DNA of 64,000 nt from a virus: positions 5,099-69,098 of the IMG/VR virus record IMGVR_UViG_3300034160_000027, one strand, 5' to 3'. The notes under the pieces were generated by a model. That model was not told the DNA's origin and ran no database searches. It was given only the letters and a program-made list of their open reading frames with translations. This document shows, one piece after another, positions 51,783-62,330 of the stretch. Positions within the stretch are counted from its first letter, which is position 1. The number at the start of each line of letters is the position of its first letter. Position numbers and translations under genes: made by a program.

Positions 51783-51802
51783 CTTCACCAGCAAGGTTTG
51801 CG

Positions 51803-51830
51803 AAAAGCGGGCTTCGGCCCGTTTTTTATT
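51803..51830 (+). terminator. Rho-independent terminator
   Basis: GCGGGC-TTCG-GCCCGT followed by a T-tract. Confidence 0.9.
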
Positions 51831-51855
51831 GCCTGTGAAATCAAGTAGTTACTCC

Positions 51856-52250
51856 GTGTAGAGGAGGTCGAAAACTTGTAGAGGTCTCTGTAGAGGTACA
51901 CGAAACGATCCTCTACATTTTTAAGTCCTTGTTTGGCTTCTCTTTTATTTCTTATTTTATAGTATGTAGAGGGTAGAGAACAGTATCTCATTGGACCAGT
52001 CTGCTGGAAAACAACAATACACACAAAAAGTAGTTTATTAAGAAAAGTTTTATTTGGCCTCGCGCGCATGCGCGTGCGCGCACGCGTAAGGGTACCGGGG
52101 CAGCGCCTCTACGCTCTACAATCGGGAAAAACTTGAATGGGGTCAGCGGGTTGGGTGTTGTAGAGGCGTCTAAAAGAGGGCTCTACAGAGGCTCTACAAG
52201 CCCTTGGAGGGCTCTACATCGTTGATTCGGTTAAAGTTCCTTCCTCTACC
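51856..52250. repeat. Putative replication origin: GTAGAG(G)/CTCTAC iterons, AT-rich tract, RY-alternating tract
   Basis: More than ten TGTAGAGG/CTCTAC copies in both orientations, directly downstream of the primase gene. Confidence 0.7.
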
Positions 52251-52402
52251 GAGTGTGCAGCGTGGCGGGGAGCCACGGCACGAGCCAACCCTACTCCTGA
52301 CGGTTGGCCACGTCAATAGCTGGAGGTTGACCCGTGTGCGGGGTCGGCGTAGGATGGTCCTTACGTTGTTGGGTTGGCCCCCTCTGCGTATAAGCACCTA
52401 AA

Positions 52403-52499
52403 GACCTCTTCGGAGTCGAACCAGGCACGCGTGTCTAGTTTGGTGCTTGCCAAACATGCGTGTTCCGCCCTAGCCAGGCGGTTCGACTCCTAAGAGGTT
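52403..52499 (+). promoter_or_regulatory. Long branched hairpin occluding the RBS of the HNH gene
   Basis: gacctcttcggagtcgaacc pairs with ggttcgactcctaagaggtt; additional internal stems. Confidence 0.65.
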
Positions 52500-52504
52500 T
52501 TTTT

Positions 52505-53129
52505 ATGGCTACCGCAAAAGAACAGAGAATTGATCCTGCATTACTTCGTGTTATGTTCAGCTACGATGCGGAGACTGGCACTTTAACCTGGTTGGTAAGG
52601 CTTTCTAGCCACTACGCTCGGCGCGGCCACGAGAGACCGATGAGTCGAGCGCACGTAGGTAGAGTAGCGGGGTCTTTGTTACCCAACGGATACATGAATA
52701 TCTCCGTGAAGGGGGAACGGCTTATGGTGCACAGGGTCGTGTGGGCTTGGTGTTACGGTGCGTGGCCCGCGGGACAGGTGGACCACATAAACCACGTAAG
52801 GAGTGACAATCGCATAGTTAACCTGAGAGACGTGAGCGCATCCGAGAATCAGAGGAACGCGTCTAAGCGTTCGGGCAACCTCAGCGGGGTAGTTGGAGTT
52901 AGCTTTGACAATCAAAAAAAGGATATGGGTAGCGCAGGCTACGGAAGGAAGTAGGACTATTCGTTTAGGGTCTTCTAAGACGTTTGAAGATGCGGTAGCG
53001 ATGCGTAAGAAGTACGAAGAAGGTAAAGGTTTCCACGAGAACCATGGGAACCCTCCTTCCGTGAAATACTGGGATGGTAAAACCGCTAGTTCTTATGCCG
53101 AGTTTAAGCGAGAAAACCTACTGTGGTAG
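52505..53129 (+). pseudogene. HNH/AP2 homing endonuclease with a +1 frameshift in an A7 run
   Basis: YDAETG, HRVVW and VDHINH.RSDNRIVNLR; the C-terminus RIWVAQ...FHENHG is in the +1 frame after 52914-52920. Confidence 0.8.
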
Positions 53130-53264
53130 CTACTCGGTTGAACGCGCCCTTCACGCCATCTTCGACACCCGCCGCACGTCAGGTGAGTGGTTCGACATCA
53201 CCGAGCACGATGCCTCGTGCGTCCTCAACCCGCTGTTTCGCCAAGAGCACGGGATTGTGTAGCT

Positions 53265-53333
53265 ACCGTCTATCCGCCATATCATACCGTCTATCGTTTG
53301 TTTGTACCGCTGCGTTCAGGACTCGTATATCAT
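53265..53333 (+). promoter_or_regulatory. Tandem-box promoter (ACCGTCTATC x2, 21-bp period)
   Basis: Boxes at 53265 and 53286, then 9 nt, TACCGC-N17-TATCAT. Confidence 0.6.
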
Positions 53334-54102
53334 CACTCCACGTTAAACAACCAACGAAAACATGATGACTGGTACAGCCACAAGAAACGTTCCCGCACGC
53401 ACAGTGCTCAGGGCACCGTATTCTTGGTTCCCTGTAGGAACAGAGTTCGTGGTAAACAAAGACCCACGATACTACGTGGAAGTGACACCTGACGGCGGGG
53501 GCGACGTACCTCCGGTGCTTGAAGCCATCCGGTTGCTTGCCGCAGGTGTTCTTGTGGATTCTACCGCGCGGGGCCGTGCTCCGGCGTAAAGGCCCGTATA
53601 CCATCACTTCACGTTAAACAACCAACGAGGCTACGATGATCGAGACACTTTCTTTCGAGCGTAGTAACACGTCCCGCGTGGAGTGCTCCTGCGGAAAATC
53701 TTGCACCCTTTGGTTCAACCCGCGAGAACAGAAGTACATTGCTCTTGGGTGGGTGTTCTCCGCGCGCGGGTGGACCTGCGGCCAGTCCGGCCACACGCAG
53801 AGGCTCCTGCGCGATACCCCTGACCCCGACAGCCAGTACTACCCTAAGCTCTTTCGCGTAGGGTCTATCATGAGCACAACCCGTGAAGTAAAGACTGTTG
53901 AAACCGACCCCAACCATGCAGTCATCGGCAAGGTGTTCCACGCGTGGGACGGCAAGGACTACCTCTGCGACTCGTGGGATGAGAACATGGGGTTCTGGAT
54001 GACCGATGTTTCTGACCCAACGAACCGCAAGAACGTTTCAGAACGTGCTATCGGCGCCACGTTTCATTTCAAACGCTAAATTTCCGCAGAGGTTCTATTA
54101 TC

Positions 54103-54657
54103 ATGGTAGCAATTGAAACAAACGAAACCGGGGTCACCGTCACCGCGCCCTACAACTCTGGGTTCATTGACGGAGCGCGCAAACTCGGAGGCAAGTGGAA
54201 TCCACCCTCATGGGTGTTTGATACCCGTGACGAGGTACGCGTGCGTGCATTATACTATGACTGGTACGGAACGTGGGACGATCTCTGCACGCTGCGTATA
54301 ACGTGGTCAGAGGCTAGTAGTGTCGCGCAAGGGCCAGTCAGCGTTCATGGGCGTGATATCGCTAAAGCGTTTGGCCGCGATAGTGGCGCAAAACTGGCGG
54401 CAGGCGTCGTTGTGCTCGCGGGGGGCTTCTCATCCGGTGGAAGCGTGAAGAACTGGGTTACGCGGGTCTCGGCAGGCACCGTGGTTTCGGTACGTGACTT
54501 CCCGGGGCACGTGGCGCGCGCACTGGCTTCAGACCAGCCCGCAGAAAAGAGGGTATACGCTATTGAGGATGAAGGGGTTGACCGGGCGGCTTTGACCGCT
54601 GAGCGCGAACGCCTGGTAGCGCGGATCGCTGAAATTGACGCGGCGCTAGCGATATGA
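54103..54657 (+). CDS. Hypothetical phage protein
   Basis: PYN..F...ARKLGGKW....W motif; C-terminal coiled coil. Confidence 0.65.
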   Translation: MVAIETNETGVTVTAPYNSGFIDGARKLGGKWNPPSWVFDTRDEVRVRALYYDWYGTWDDLCTLRITWSEASSVAQGPVSVHGRDIAKAFGRDSGAKLAAGVVVLAGGFSSGGSVKNWVTRVSAGTVVSVRDFPGHVARALASDQPAEKRVYAIEDEGVDRAALTAERERLVARIAEIDAALAI

Positions 54658-55375
54658 ACGCCATCGGCTACGCACTGATCGCCTGCGGCCCGGGCACGCA
54701 GTTAGCCGTTGTCTATCGTGGCCCACGTGGGGGATTGCTGAAGCGCGCGATGGACGCGAAGACGAGGCGTTGGACGCAGAAGTCACCGCGGTCTGTGCTT
54801 GATTGTTGCATTGTGCACTGGTGGACCACGAGCCCGGAGTACGCTGATGTGATTGCAGCGAAGAGGAGGTACCTCGATGGCTAGGCTTGCGTGCCTTTGT
54901 GGGAGCGTCCTTTCAGACAGTACCGTGCCTAATGAAATGGTGGGCGTGCTAATAAAGGACCAAGACGTTGACCTGGATTGTTGCGCAGCGGACGTAGGGC
55001 GCATAGTTTGGGAGTGCAATGCGTGCGGTAGGTTAGCGATAAGTTATCCTGCGAAGCACGGGATAGACGTTAAGTGGTATGTGCCTGAAGATGGGGTGCC
55101 GGGGTTGCTGATGGCCTTTAGCGTAGACTCGGAGGAATAGTTGTGAGCGCCTTCGCCAGAGGTCTATTACAAGACTCCCGAAACGAGGCTAAGCGTTCGG
55201 GCGTTAAGGTGCCGCCGGGGCTGCACGCGCACATGGACTGTAACGGGGTAAACCCGTGGGCCGAAGTGCGGGACCGTAACGGAAACATAGTGTGGAAGGG
55301 TTCGGCTTCCGACGCATGGGAGGCCAGGTCGAACGCGATTGACGCTTTGATTGAGGACTCGGGGCGTGCTACGCC

Positions 55376-55684
55376 ATGAGCGATCCTAACATCTACAGAA
55401 CGCCAGAATGGCAAGCCATCAGGGCTCGTGTGCTTCGTGAGCAACCAATCTGCGCTGCGTGCCGCATGGCTAAGTCCTCAAGAGTAGATCACGTCAAGGC
55501 GCACAAGGGCGACCGCACGCTGTTCTTGGACAGGAAGAATCTGCAAGGGTTGTGCGAGTCCTGTCATAATTCAAAGTCGGCTTCACGGGATGGTGGTTGG
55601 GGTCGTAAACCATCTGAGCGGCCTTTGAAGGGCGTGGATGCGAAGGGCAATCCTACTGATGTAAATCATCCTTGGAACAAGTAG
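55376..55684 (+). CDS. Packaging-type HNH endonuclease (HK97 gp74-like)
   Basis: Y....W...R..VL...P.C..C......VDH...HKGD..LF.D..NLQ.LC..CH..K. Confidence 0.85.
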   Translation: MSDPNIYRTPEWQAIRARVLREQPICAACRMAKSSRVDHVKAHKGDRTLFLDRKNLQGLCESCHNSKSASRDGGWGRKPSERPLKGVDAKGNPTDVNHPWNK

Positions 55685-55903
55685 TCATGTTCGTACAAGA
55701 AAACGGTGTAACGAAGAAGTTCTGCGCAGACTGCGAGCACAACGTCAGAAATCGGTGTCAGTCTGCCAACGTAATCCGTGGGCACAATAACTCGCGTTTG
55801 TTAACGACGGCCCGGGCGGTAGGTGTGTGCCAGGGAGTGTTTAAGAGCGTGCGTCACGCGGGCACAGACCGCGAGTAGCCGTCTATCGCGGGGGAGTTGC
55901 TTT

Positions 55904-56081
55904 ATACATAGGTTCGTCTAAGGTGTTCGAGGAAGCCGTGGCGATGCGTAAGAAGTATGAAGAAGAAAATGGATTTCACGAGAACCACGGAGATGAGTTA
56001 GAAGAGCGGTATTGGAATCATGGTAATGGCTCTTACGCGGAATATAAAAGAGAGAAGATTCTGGCTTCGCTTTTCGATTAA
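55904..56081 (+). pseudogene. Orphan 3' remnant of an HNH gene paralogous to 52505..53129
   Basis: IGSSKVFEEAVAMRKKYEEENGFHENHG...YW....SYAEYKRE versus LGSSKTFEDAVAMRKKYEEGKGFHENHG...YW....SYAEFKRE. Confidence 0.8.
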
Positions 56082-56087
56082 CCACAC

Positions 56088-56583
56088 TAGAAATTTTTGG
56101 TAGCTCATGTCTATAAGGGAAATTTTGGTAGCGACCCTCTATTAGAAATTTTTGGTAGTGGTCGTCTATCTAACCATTACACGTGCCCGTGCGCCCGCCT
56201 GCGCGTGCCCGTGCGCCCGCCTGCGCGTGCCCGTGCGCCCGCCTGCGCGTGCCCGTGCGCCCGCATCCATGCGCCCGCCTGCGCGTGCCCGTGTGCCCGC
56301 GCGAATAGCATTTTTCGTGCCTGAAATGTTGGATACTCGGAAAACCGCCGGGTTTTTCCAGGATCGGCACGCTTGACCCTGGCGAGCGGCTACAGGTCCG
56401 CGAGGATCGAGACCGAGGCCATCGGCACGCCGGGCCCTGGCGAGCGGCTACAGGTCCGCGAGGATCGAGACCGAGGCCATCGGCACGCCGGACCCTGGCG
56501 AGCGGCTACAGGTCCGCGAGGATCGAGACCGAGGCCATCGGCACGCCGGACCCTGGCGAGCGGCTACAGGTCCGCGAGGATCG
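56088..56583. repeat. Non-coding repeat junction: 3x GAAATTTT(T)GGTAG, 22-bp tandem (56182-56303), 58-bp tandem (56363-56583)
   Basis: Directly visible; 58-bp units start at 56377, 56435, 56493 and 56551. Confidence 0.9.
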
Positions 56584-56625
56584 GCCGCCGCTTGCGCGCG
56601 CTTCTTATACGCTCGATACCCGTTT

Positions 56626-56694
56626 GCCGTTTATCTGGCAAAAGCTACCGTTCGTCTCAAGTCGAGTGCAAGCTAGTCCGTGAGTGCCTACATT
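56626..56694 (+). promoter_or_regulatory. Tandem-box promoter heading the early block
   Basis: GCCGTTTATC(56626) and ACCGTTCGTC(56647), then 9 nt, GTGCAA-N17-TACATT. Confidence 0.75.
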
Positions 56695-56743
56695 GCATCC
56701 AAGGCGAAGCGATACCCGCGACGCACCTTGAGAGACGAAGGAA

Positions 56744-57313
56744 ATGACGAAAACGCAAATGTTGGTGAATCTGGCCAGTGATCTGGGCGCGTTTGGACAA
56801 GTCGAGTATACCGGCGGTTGGTTCGTTCTGTCCGACGTGTGCGGGACGGTTCGCTTGGGACGGTCTTTCGATACCGCGGAAAAGGCGTTGCGCGAGACTT
56901 ACGAGCGCGCCGAGTCCACGGACGCCGACACCACGGCCGCCGACACCACGGCCGCCGACACCACGGCCGCCGACACCACGGCCGCCGACACCACGGCCGC
57001 CGACACCACGGACGCCGACACCACGGCCGCCGACACCACGGCCGCCGACACCACGGCCGCCGACACCACGGCCGCCGATACCACGGCCGCCGATACCACG
57101 GCCGCCGATACCACGGCCGCCGATACCACGGCCGCCGATACCACGGCCGCCGATACCACGGCCGCCGAGCTCGCGGTCACCGAGCCACGTATCATCCCAG
57201 TTTTCGTTTTCCCGGCCGGTCCGACCCCATCGTATCTCGCTAAGCAGCGCGCCAAGCGTCGCGACAAAGCGCGCCGGGCGCAGAAGGTTGCACGGCGCAA
57301 TAACCGCGGTTAA
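56744..57313 (+). CDS. Early protein with (DTTAA)16 tract and basic C-terminus
   Basis: AAGGA RBS; 15-bp unit x16 at 56927-57166. Confidence 0.75.
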   Translation: MTKTQMLVNLASDLGAFGQVEYTGGWFVLSDVCGTVRLGRSFDTAEKALRETYERAESTDADTTAADTTAADTTAADTTAADTTAADTTDADTTAADTTAADTTAADTTAADTTAADTTAADTTAADTTAADTTAADTTAAELAVTEPRIIPVFVFPAGPTPSYLAKQRAKRRDKARRAQKVARRNNRG

Positions 57314-57649
57314 GCCAAACCTCGCCGCGCGACTAGCGCGCGGCTTATCGGGGTATACGAAGTGAAAGCAAAAGTTACGGTATCGTATAAGATCAAGCTC
57401 ACCGAGTCAGAGTTATTGCTGGTGTTGGTCGTTTTACGCCAGAGCACAGAATCCGGTGCCATGAGACTAGCCGCGAAGCTGGAAACGCGGAAGATAAAGG
57501 CATCGGAGGCGCTAAAGTGAGAATCTGGCATACCGTTGACGGAGTAAAGCGCGTGAATAGTGCGGCCTTTACTCAGATACTTATGCGGCTAAGCCCCGCG
57601 GGCCAGCAAAAATTGATTGCGTGCGTTATGCGCGCCGGAGTGAGTTGAA

Positions 57650-60600
57650 ATGTCATACATTGTCATGTCATCAGCGGCGAAAATGCCCGGGTCCTGCAAG
57701 GGCGTATACAAGCGAGTCGCCGTGATGGAAGTCGAGCCCGGAGCGGAACCGAAGATGATTTCCGAGCGCGCTAAGGGCGTCATCCGGGTCGTCCAGACTT
57801 GGGAAAACCTTAATGTCGGAAAGACGGATAAATGCGCGTACTCGCGCGCTTTGCGCGTCGCTGAAATGATGGCAAAGCGTTTAACCGATGGGGGCGCTTA
57901 AAATGTATAAGATCGTCAGAGTGTATCTCAAGGGCGGTTCTCGGACGATAAAATCCGGGTTGGCGCTAGCGGAAGCGCAAGCGCACTGTAAAGACCCTGA
58001 GACCTCCTCCCGTACGTGCACGGGGTCAAAGGCTAAGGCCCGGACTCGTAACAGTGGGCCGTGGTTCGATGTATACCAGGAGTGCACGAAATGAAGCTAA
58101 AAGAATTCATCGAATCGTCGCACATTGACGCGGGTCGTATTCGCGCGGTTGTCGGGCAGTTAGGCGGTTGGTCCGAAGCGCAAACGGCCATGCCCGATAT
58201 TGCGCGGTATGGTATCGACGGCGGGTTTTGCGGCTTTGTGTATTACTGTGACACGGTTGCATTTTACAATCGCAACCGGCACGCGATTATTGCGCTAGTA
58301 GAGGGCAGGGCTAGTGACCTTGGCGAAGAATGTGCAGGTATGGTCGCAAATTTTACCTGCTTGCGGCCCGTAGACACTGACGCGCGGCGTAGTATTTACC
58401 GCGCGTTGTCCGGTTGTAAGATGTGGGATGCTGACACGGAGGTAGCGAACGCCTTGGCGTGGTTTGCAGGCGAAGAGGTAGCGCGATCTTTTGATGATAC
58501 GCGCGGGTGAAACGATATGACCAAGAAAGATTACATCGTGTTGGTGCGGGCATTGCGCAACGCTGAACCCACGGTCGCGAGCGAATCGCTAGAGGCCCGC
58601 ATAGCGCAATGGCAGCATTGTGTCAACCGTATTGCGGACGCACTCGCGGCCGACAATTCGCGGTTTAATCGCGAGACGTTTAATAAAGCCTGCGGAATTC
58701 AATCATGAGCACATACGCGTATCGTGTAGTCCATAGAAGCGGATGGGGTACCGGCTTCGGCCCGCGTCCGACCCATTGCGCAACCTGTGGCGAGCCGTTG
58801 CCCGCGCCTAACCCGGGAAGTTGTACCACGGGTTACGGCTGCGGAGAATCCGAGCGGATCGCGGAGCACAGCGACGCGCCGGAAATGAAGCCGGGAGAAT
58901 TTTTGGAGCGTTCTCCGGCTATCTGCTATCAATGCTGTGCGGCCGATGATAAGCGGCACATGAATGAAACGGGCCGCATCATGTTATACCTGGACAAGGC
59001 CCGCGGTAGCGCCATTGCCGGCGGGTACAAGGTGAGTAATTGGCCCGGTTCGCTGAGTTTCCCGGTTTCTTACGTCAACGTCGGGCGCCACAATTGGGCA
59101 CGCGTCAGGTATGATTTTCGGTTCTCAGGGCCAGATGGCGAGCCGTGGCGCGGTACGCAATACGGGGACAATACGCAAATTGCGCATTGTACGCGGGTGA
59201 AAAAGTGAAAACTTTTCTTATTGCCTTTTTCACTCTCTACTGTGCGGCCATGGTTGCCGAGCAATTCCTTTACGGCTGTCTCGCTGTGCGGATTGTACTC
59301 GGGTCCGCTGTCGCCTTCCTGCCCGTCATTCTGATACAGGTGCTATGAAATGAAACGTTACCAGCAAATAGCCCGGGATGTCGCGTGGTACAAGCACGTT
59401 TATGCTATGGACGAAGTTCGGCCAGACTTGGAAGAAATGGCCGATGAAAAGCTCCATGTCATTGAAAAAGATTTGCCGTCTGGTTCAGGTATTGATTCAG
59501 GGTGCAAGGTCGACCTCGACGCGTGCAACGAAAACCGCCTGGTGATTACCTTCAAGTTTCACCACATGGACGAGCACGGATACTACTGCGGCTGGGCGGA
59601 TTACAAGGCCACACTGCGCCCGAGCATGCAATACGGCTTTGACATGAAAATCACGGGCCGGTATAAGAATCAGATAAAGGATTACCTCTACCAGACTTTC
59701 GATTATTACTTCAATCAGGAGGTAAATTGAAATGTCGCAGCCTAAATGGTCCTGTGTCGCGAATCTCGGTGACTCGATTGAATACGGTTCGGCGTTTGTG
59801 TACGTCGATACGACAGGCGTTTATGACCCGGAAATGGAAATGGTAGAGCCGCCGTGCGACGATGATCCGAAAGGGCCGTACATGATTTACCGGGTTTGCC
59901 TTGAGCCGCACACTTTCCGCGGCGGCGTCCTGAGTGACAACTCATTTCATCCTGCACACCCGGCTTGGTACTGGTACGGCACGGGTGACAAATGGCACAA
60001 ACCTGGTCTGTTGGACGTCTGCGAATCCTGCGACAACCTGCAAGCGGATTTGATCGGGTTATTGTGCAATACCGACCCGATTAAACGGGCGGCAGGCTAT
60101 CAAATCTTGATATCCTATTATGGGTTGAGTGAATTCGACTCGTACCCGGTAGACCTGGGAAACAATCTGAGCCGTGTTGCTTTCCGATACCGCACGGAGA
60201 TCAGGCGGACCACGGATAGGCGCCCTTGGCGCGTCGGGTATCTCAACAAAGATCGTCGGGAACGGTGTAACCTGAAACGCGGTCGATTTGTCAACGCGTG
60301 GCGAATTGTCGACCACAGGGGACGTGATATGGTTCAACCGTGGTCCGACACCAAAGGCGAAGCGCGGCGCACGGCTAAAGACCTGAGGATCGCACTCGTT
60401 GAAAAAGGGGCGGAGTAAGACATGGGATACCCAACCGTTAAGACCTTGCTCCGGATCACTGACGGTGACGCGGACAAGGCTAAAGAGATTCGCGGTATTC
60501 TTGATGAGTTGATTGAGTGTGGCTCGTATGCCAGCGTCCAAAATTTGGATCGGCAATCATACAATCCGCAACCGCGGCATATGCGCAAACTGGTCGCGTG

Positions 60601-60785
60601 CAATGAGGCTCTCGGGTTATTCGGCATTGAGTACTGCACCAACCGGGATCGATACCCGTCCGGTGACGATCCAAAGGCTTTCGAGCACATCAACACGGGT
60701 GAAACGTACTGCGAAACCCTGTGTTATCGCAATGGTCGGTTCTTTGTCGCATCATGGGGAGACATCGCAGAGCGCTGGAAATGAA
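57650..60785 (+). CDS. Early small-gene cluster 1 (about 9 ORFs, including 58091..58510, 58705..59208, 59350..59730, 59732..60418, 60422..60784)
   Basis: Packed co-oriented ORFs typical of phage early regions; functions unassigned. Confidence 0.6.
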
Positions 60786-60790
60786 CGAAA

Positions 60791-60859
60791 GCCGTTCATC
60801 TGGTAAAAACTACCATCCGTCTCAAGTTGAGTGCAAGCCTTCCGGGTGAGGGCCACACT
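60791..60859 (+). promoter_or_regulatory. Tandem-box promoter, paralog of the 56626 promoter
   Basis: GCCGTTCATC(60791) and ACCATCCGTC(60812), then 9 nt, GTGCAA-N17-CACACT; shared leader GCGATACCCGCGACGCA. Confidence 0.75.
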
Positions 60860-61932
60860 GTACCCATGGCGTCGCGATACCCGCGACGCAGCCACCTTGA
60901 GGACGCCGTAGAGAGAAGATGAGCGATTTTAAGAGCTGCACGAAATACGAAATCCGCGCCGCTTTAGTTCGCGGTGAACAGGTATGGGCGCTTGATACCG
61001 GAAGCGAAGGGCTTGACGATCATTTGATCGGCACGCGCGTCCAGGTAGAAGCGGACATTTTATTCGCCTATACCCTGGATTCCATTCCCGATGAATGGAC
61101 GCTCGATTTAGTCGATTGGGCTATTTAGTGGTAGGTTAGGGTGGGCAGGAACCCCAACCACCACCCGAAAACAAATAGGTGGAAGCATAAATGAATGAAA
61201 CCCCGAATCTGGATTGCATGGGTATCACCGAACTGCGCGAGTACACGAAAACCGCGAGCGGCCAACTGCGGGAATATGCGGAAAACAAAGCACGCGCTAT
61301 CGAATGCCGTCTGACCGGCGGAATTCTTCAGGCGCGGTATTTCGAAAGCCGGTGCGAGCGGATTTACTGCTAATTGCCCAAGTCTGAGAAATGATGAAAT
61401 ACGAAATAACCGACTCGCGTTGTATCATTACCGCATCAAGTAGCACCGAGCGGTTTTACGCCGATACCGCCTTTTTCTACGCGTTGAAGGTGGCGATGCA
61501 AGCGGCCGGTCTTGATGTCATCAAGCGCCGGATGTGGAAAGACGGGCACATGGTTGACGATTGCGACTACTATATTCGCGATCGGAAATGGCGTTTCTGT
61601 GTCCACGATGCGGATTCGCAGATTCGCGCGGTTTACACCGCGTTCAACGATAACCGCGCGGTCAATTTGACCTATGTTGATTGGAGTAAATGAAATGAAA
61701 GACCCGTGTATCAAACGCTCGCGATCAAACAACCCGGTTCTGGACGTTACGGGTTACATTATCGAGTGTACCGTAGCAGGTGGGGCGCGCTATGTGTCGC
61801 ATGAGTATTGTATCGCGACTCTGGCGTTTAAAGCGGATCGGTTGTCTGAGTATACTGATTGTTTTTTGGCTACCGAGCCTGCGTTGGCACTTATGCGTAA
61901 TCGCTACGCTGAAATATACGGGAGTAAATGAA

Positions 61933-62330
61933 ATGTCAGACTTGACCCAAAATCTCGCGTATCTAGCTGGCCGCGACGAAAGCCCCTACCTGGATTCATT
62001 TGTTCGCAGCTACCTGGAATGCGCGGCATGGTCTAGTGGCGATGGCGAAGAAAATGAAAGCTTTGAAGCTTTCGACTTCGCATCTGAAACTGAATCGAAA
62101 GCTAGGGAAGACTGCGCCGCGTTTATCGCGCTGGACGATGAAACCGGATATCTAGACAGCCTTGCCCCGAATCGGCCGGGCAGGATTTTTGGCTTACTCG
62201 GTGCGGGCACGGCGCGGGTTTCTGGGATAGGGGCTTAGGTGGTGTAGGGGACGCTTTAACCGAGAGGTGTAAGTCGTTCGGAAATATTGATCTTTACATC
62301 GGTGACGATGGCATGATTTACGGGGTTTAA
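61933..62330 (+). pseudogene. Early phage protein with a 1-nt frameshift
   Basis: F...YLECA.WS...DC..F in one frame; AGQDFWLTRCGHGAGFWDR continues in another frame after the C4 run at 62165-62168. Confidence 0.7.

Noticed and set aside
52470-52500. tRNA gene (GGTTCGACTCC T-loop-like sequence)
   Set aside because: No cloverleaf; the segment pairs with an upstream inverted repeat instead.
52911-52925. Programmed -1 frameshift at A AAA AAG
   Set aside because: The -1 frame hits a stop within a few codons; the HNH C-terminus is in the +1 frame, which fits a 1-nt insertion.
56182-57166. CRISPR array
   Set aside because: The repeats are head-to-tail with no unique spacers; the DUF2800 Cas4-like gene is an ordinary phage replication-module nuclease.
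56778-57365. Alternative-frame ORFs (PTPRP, RRHHG, SAAVV repeats) and the ORFs over 56097-56747
   Set aside because: These are by-products of stop-free tandem repeats; only the 56744 frame has an RBS and a promoter.
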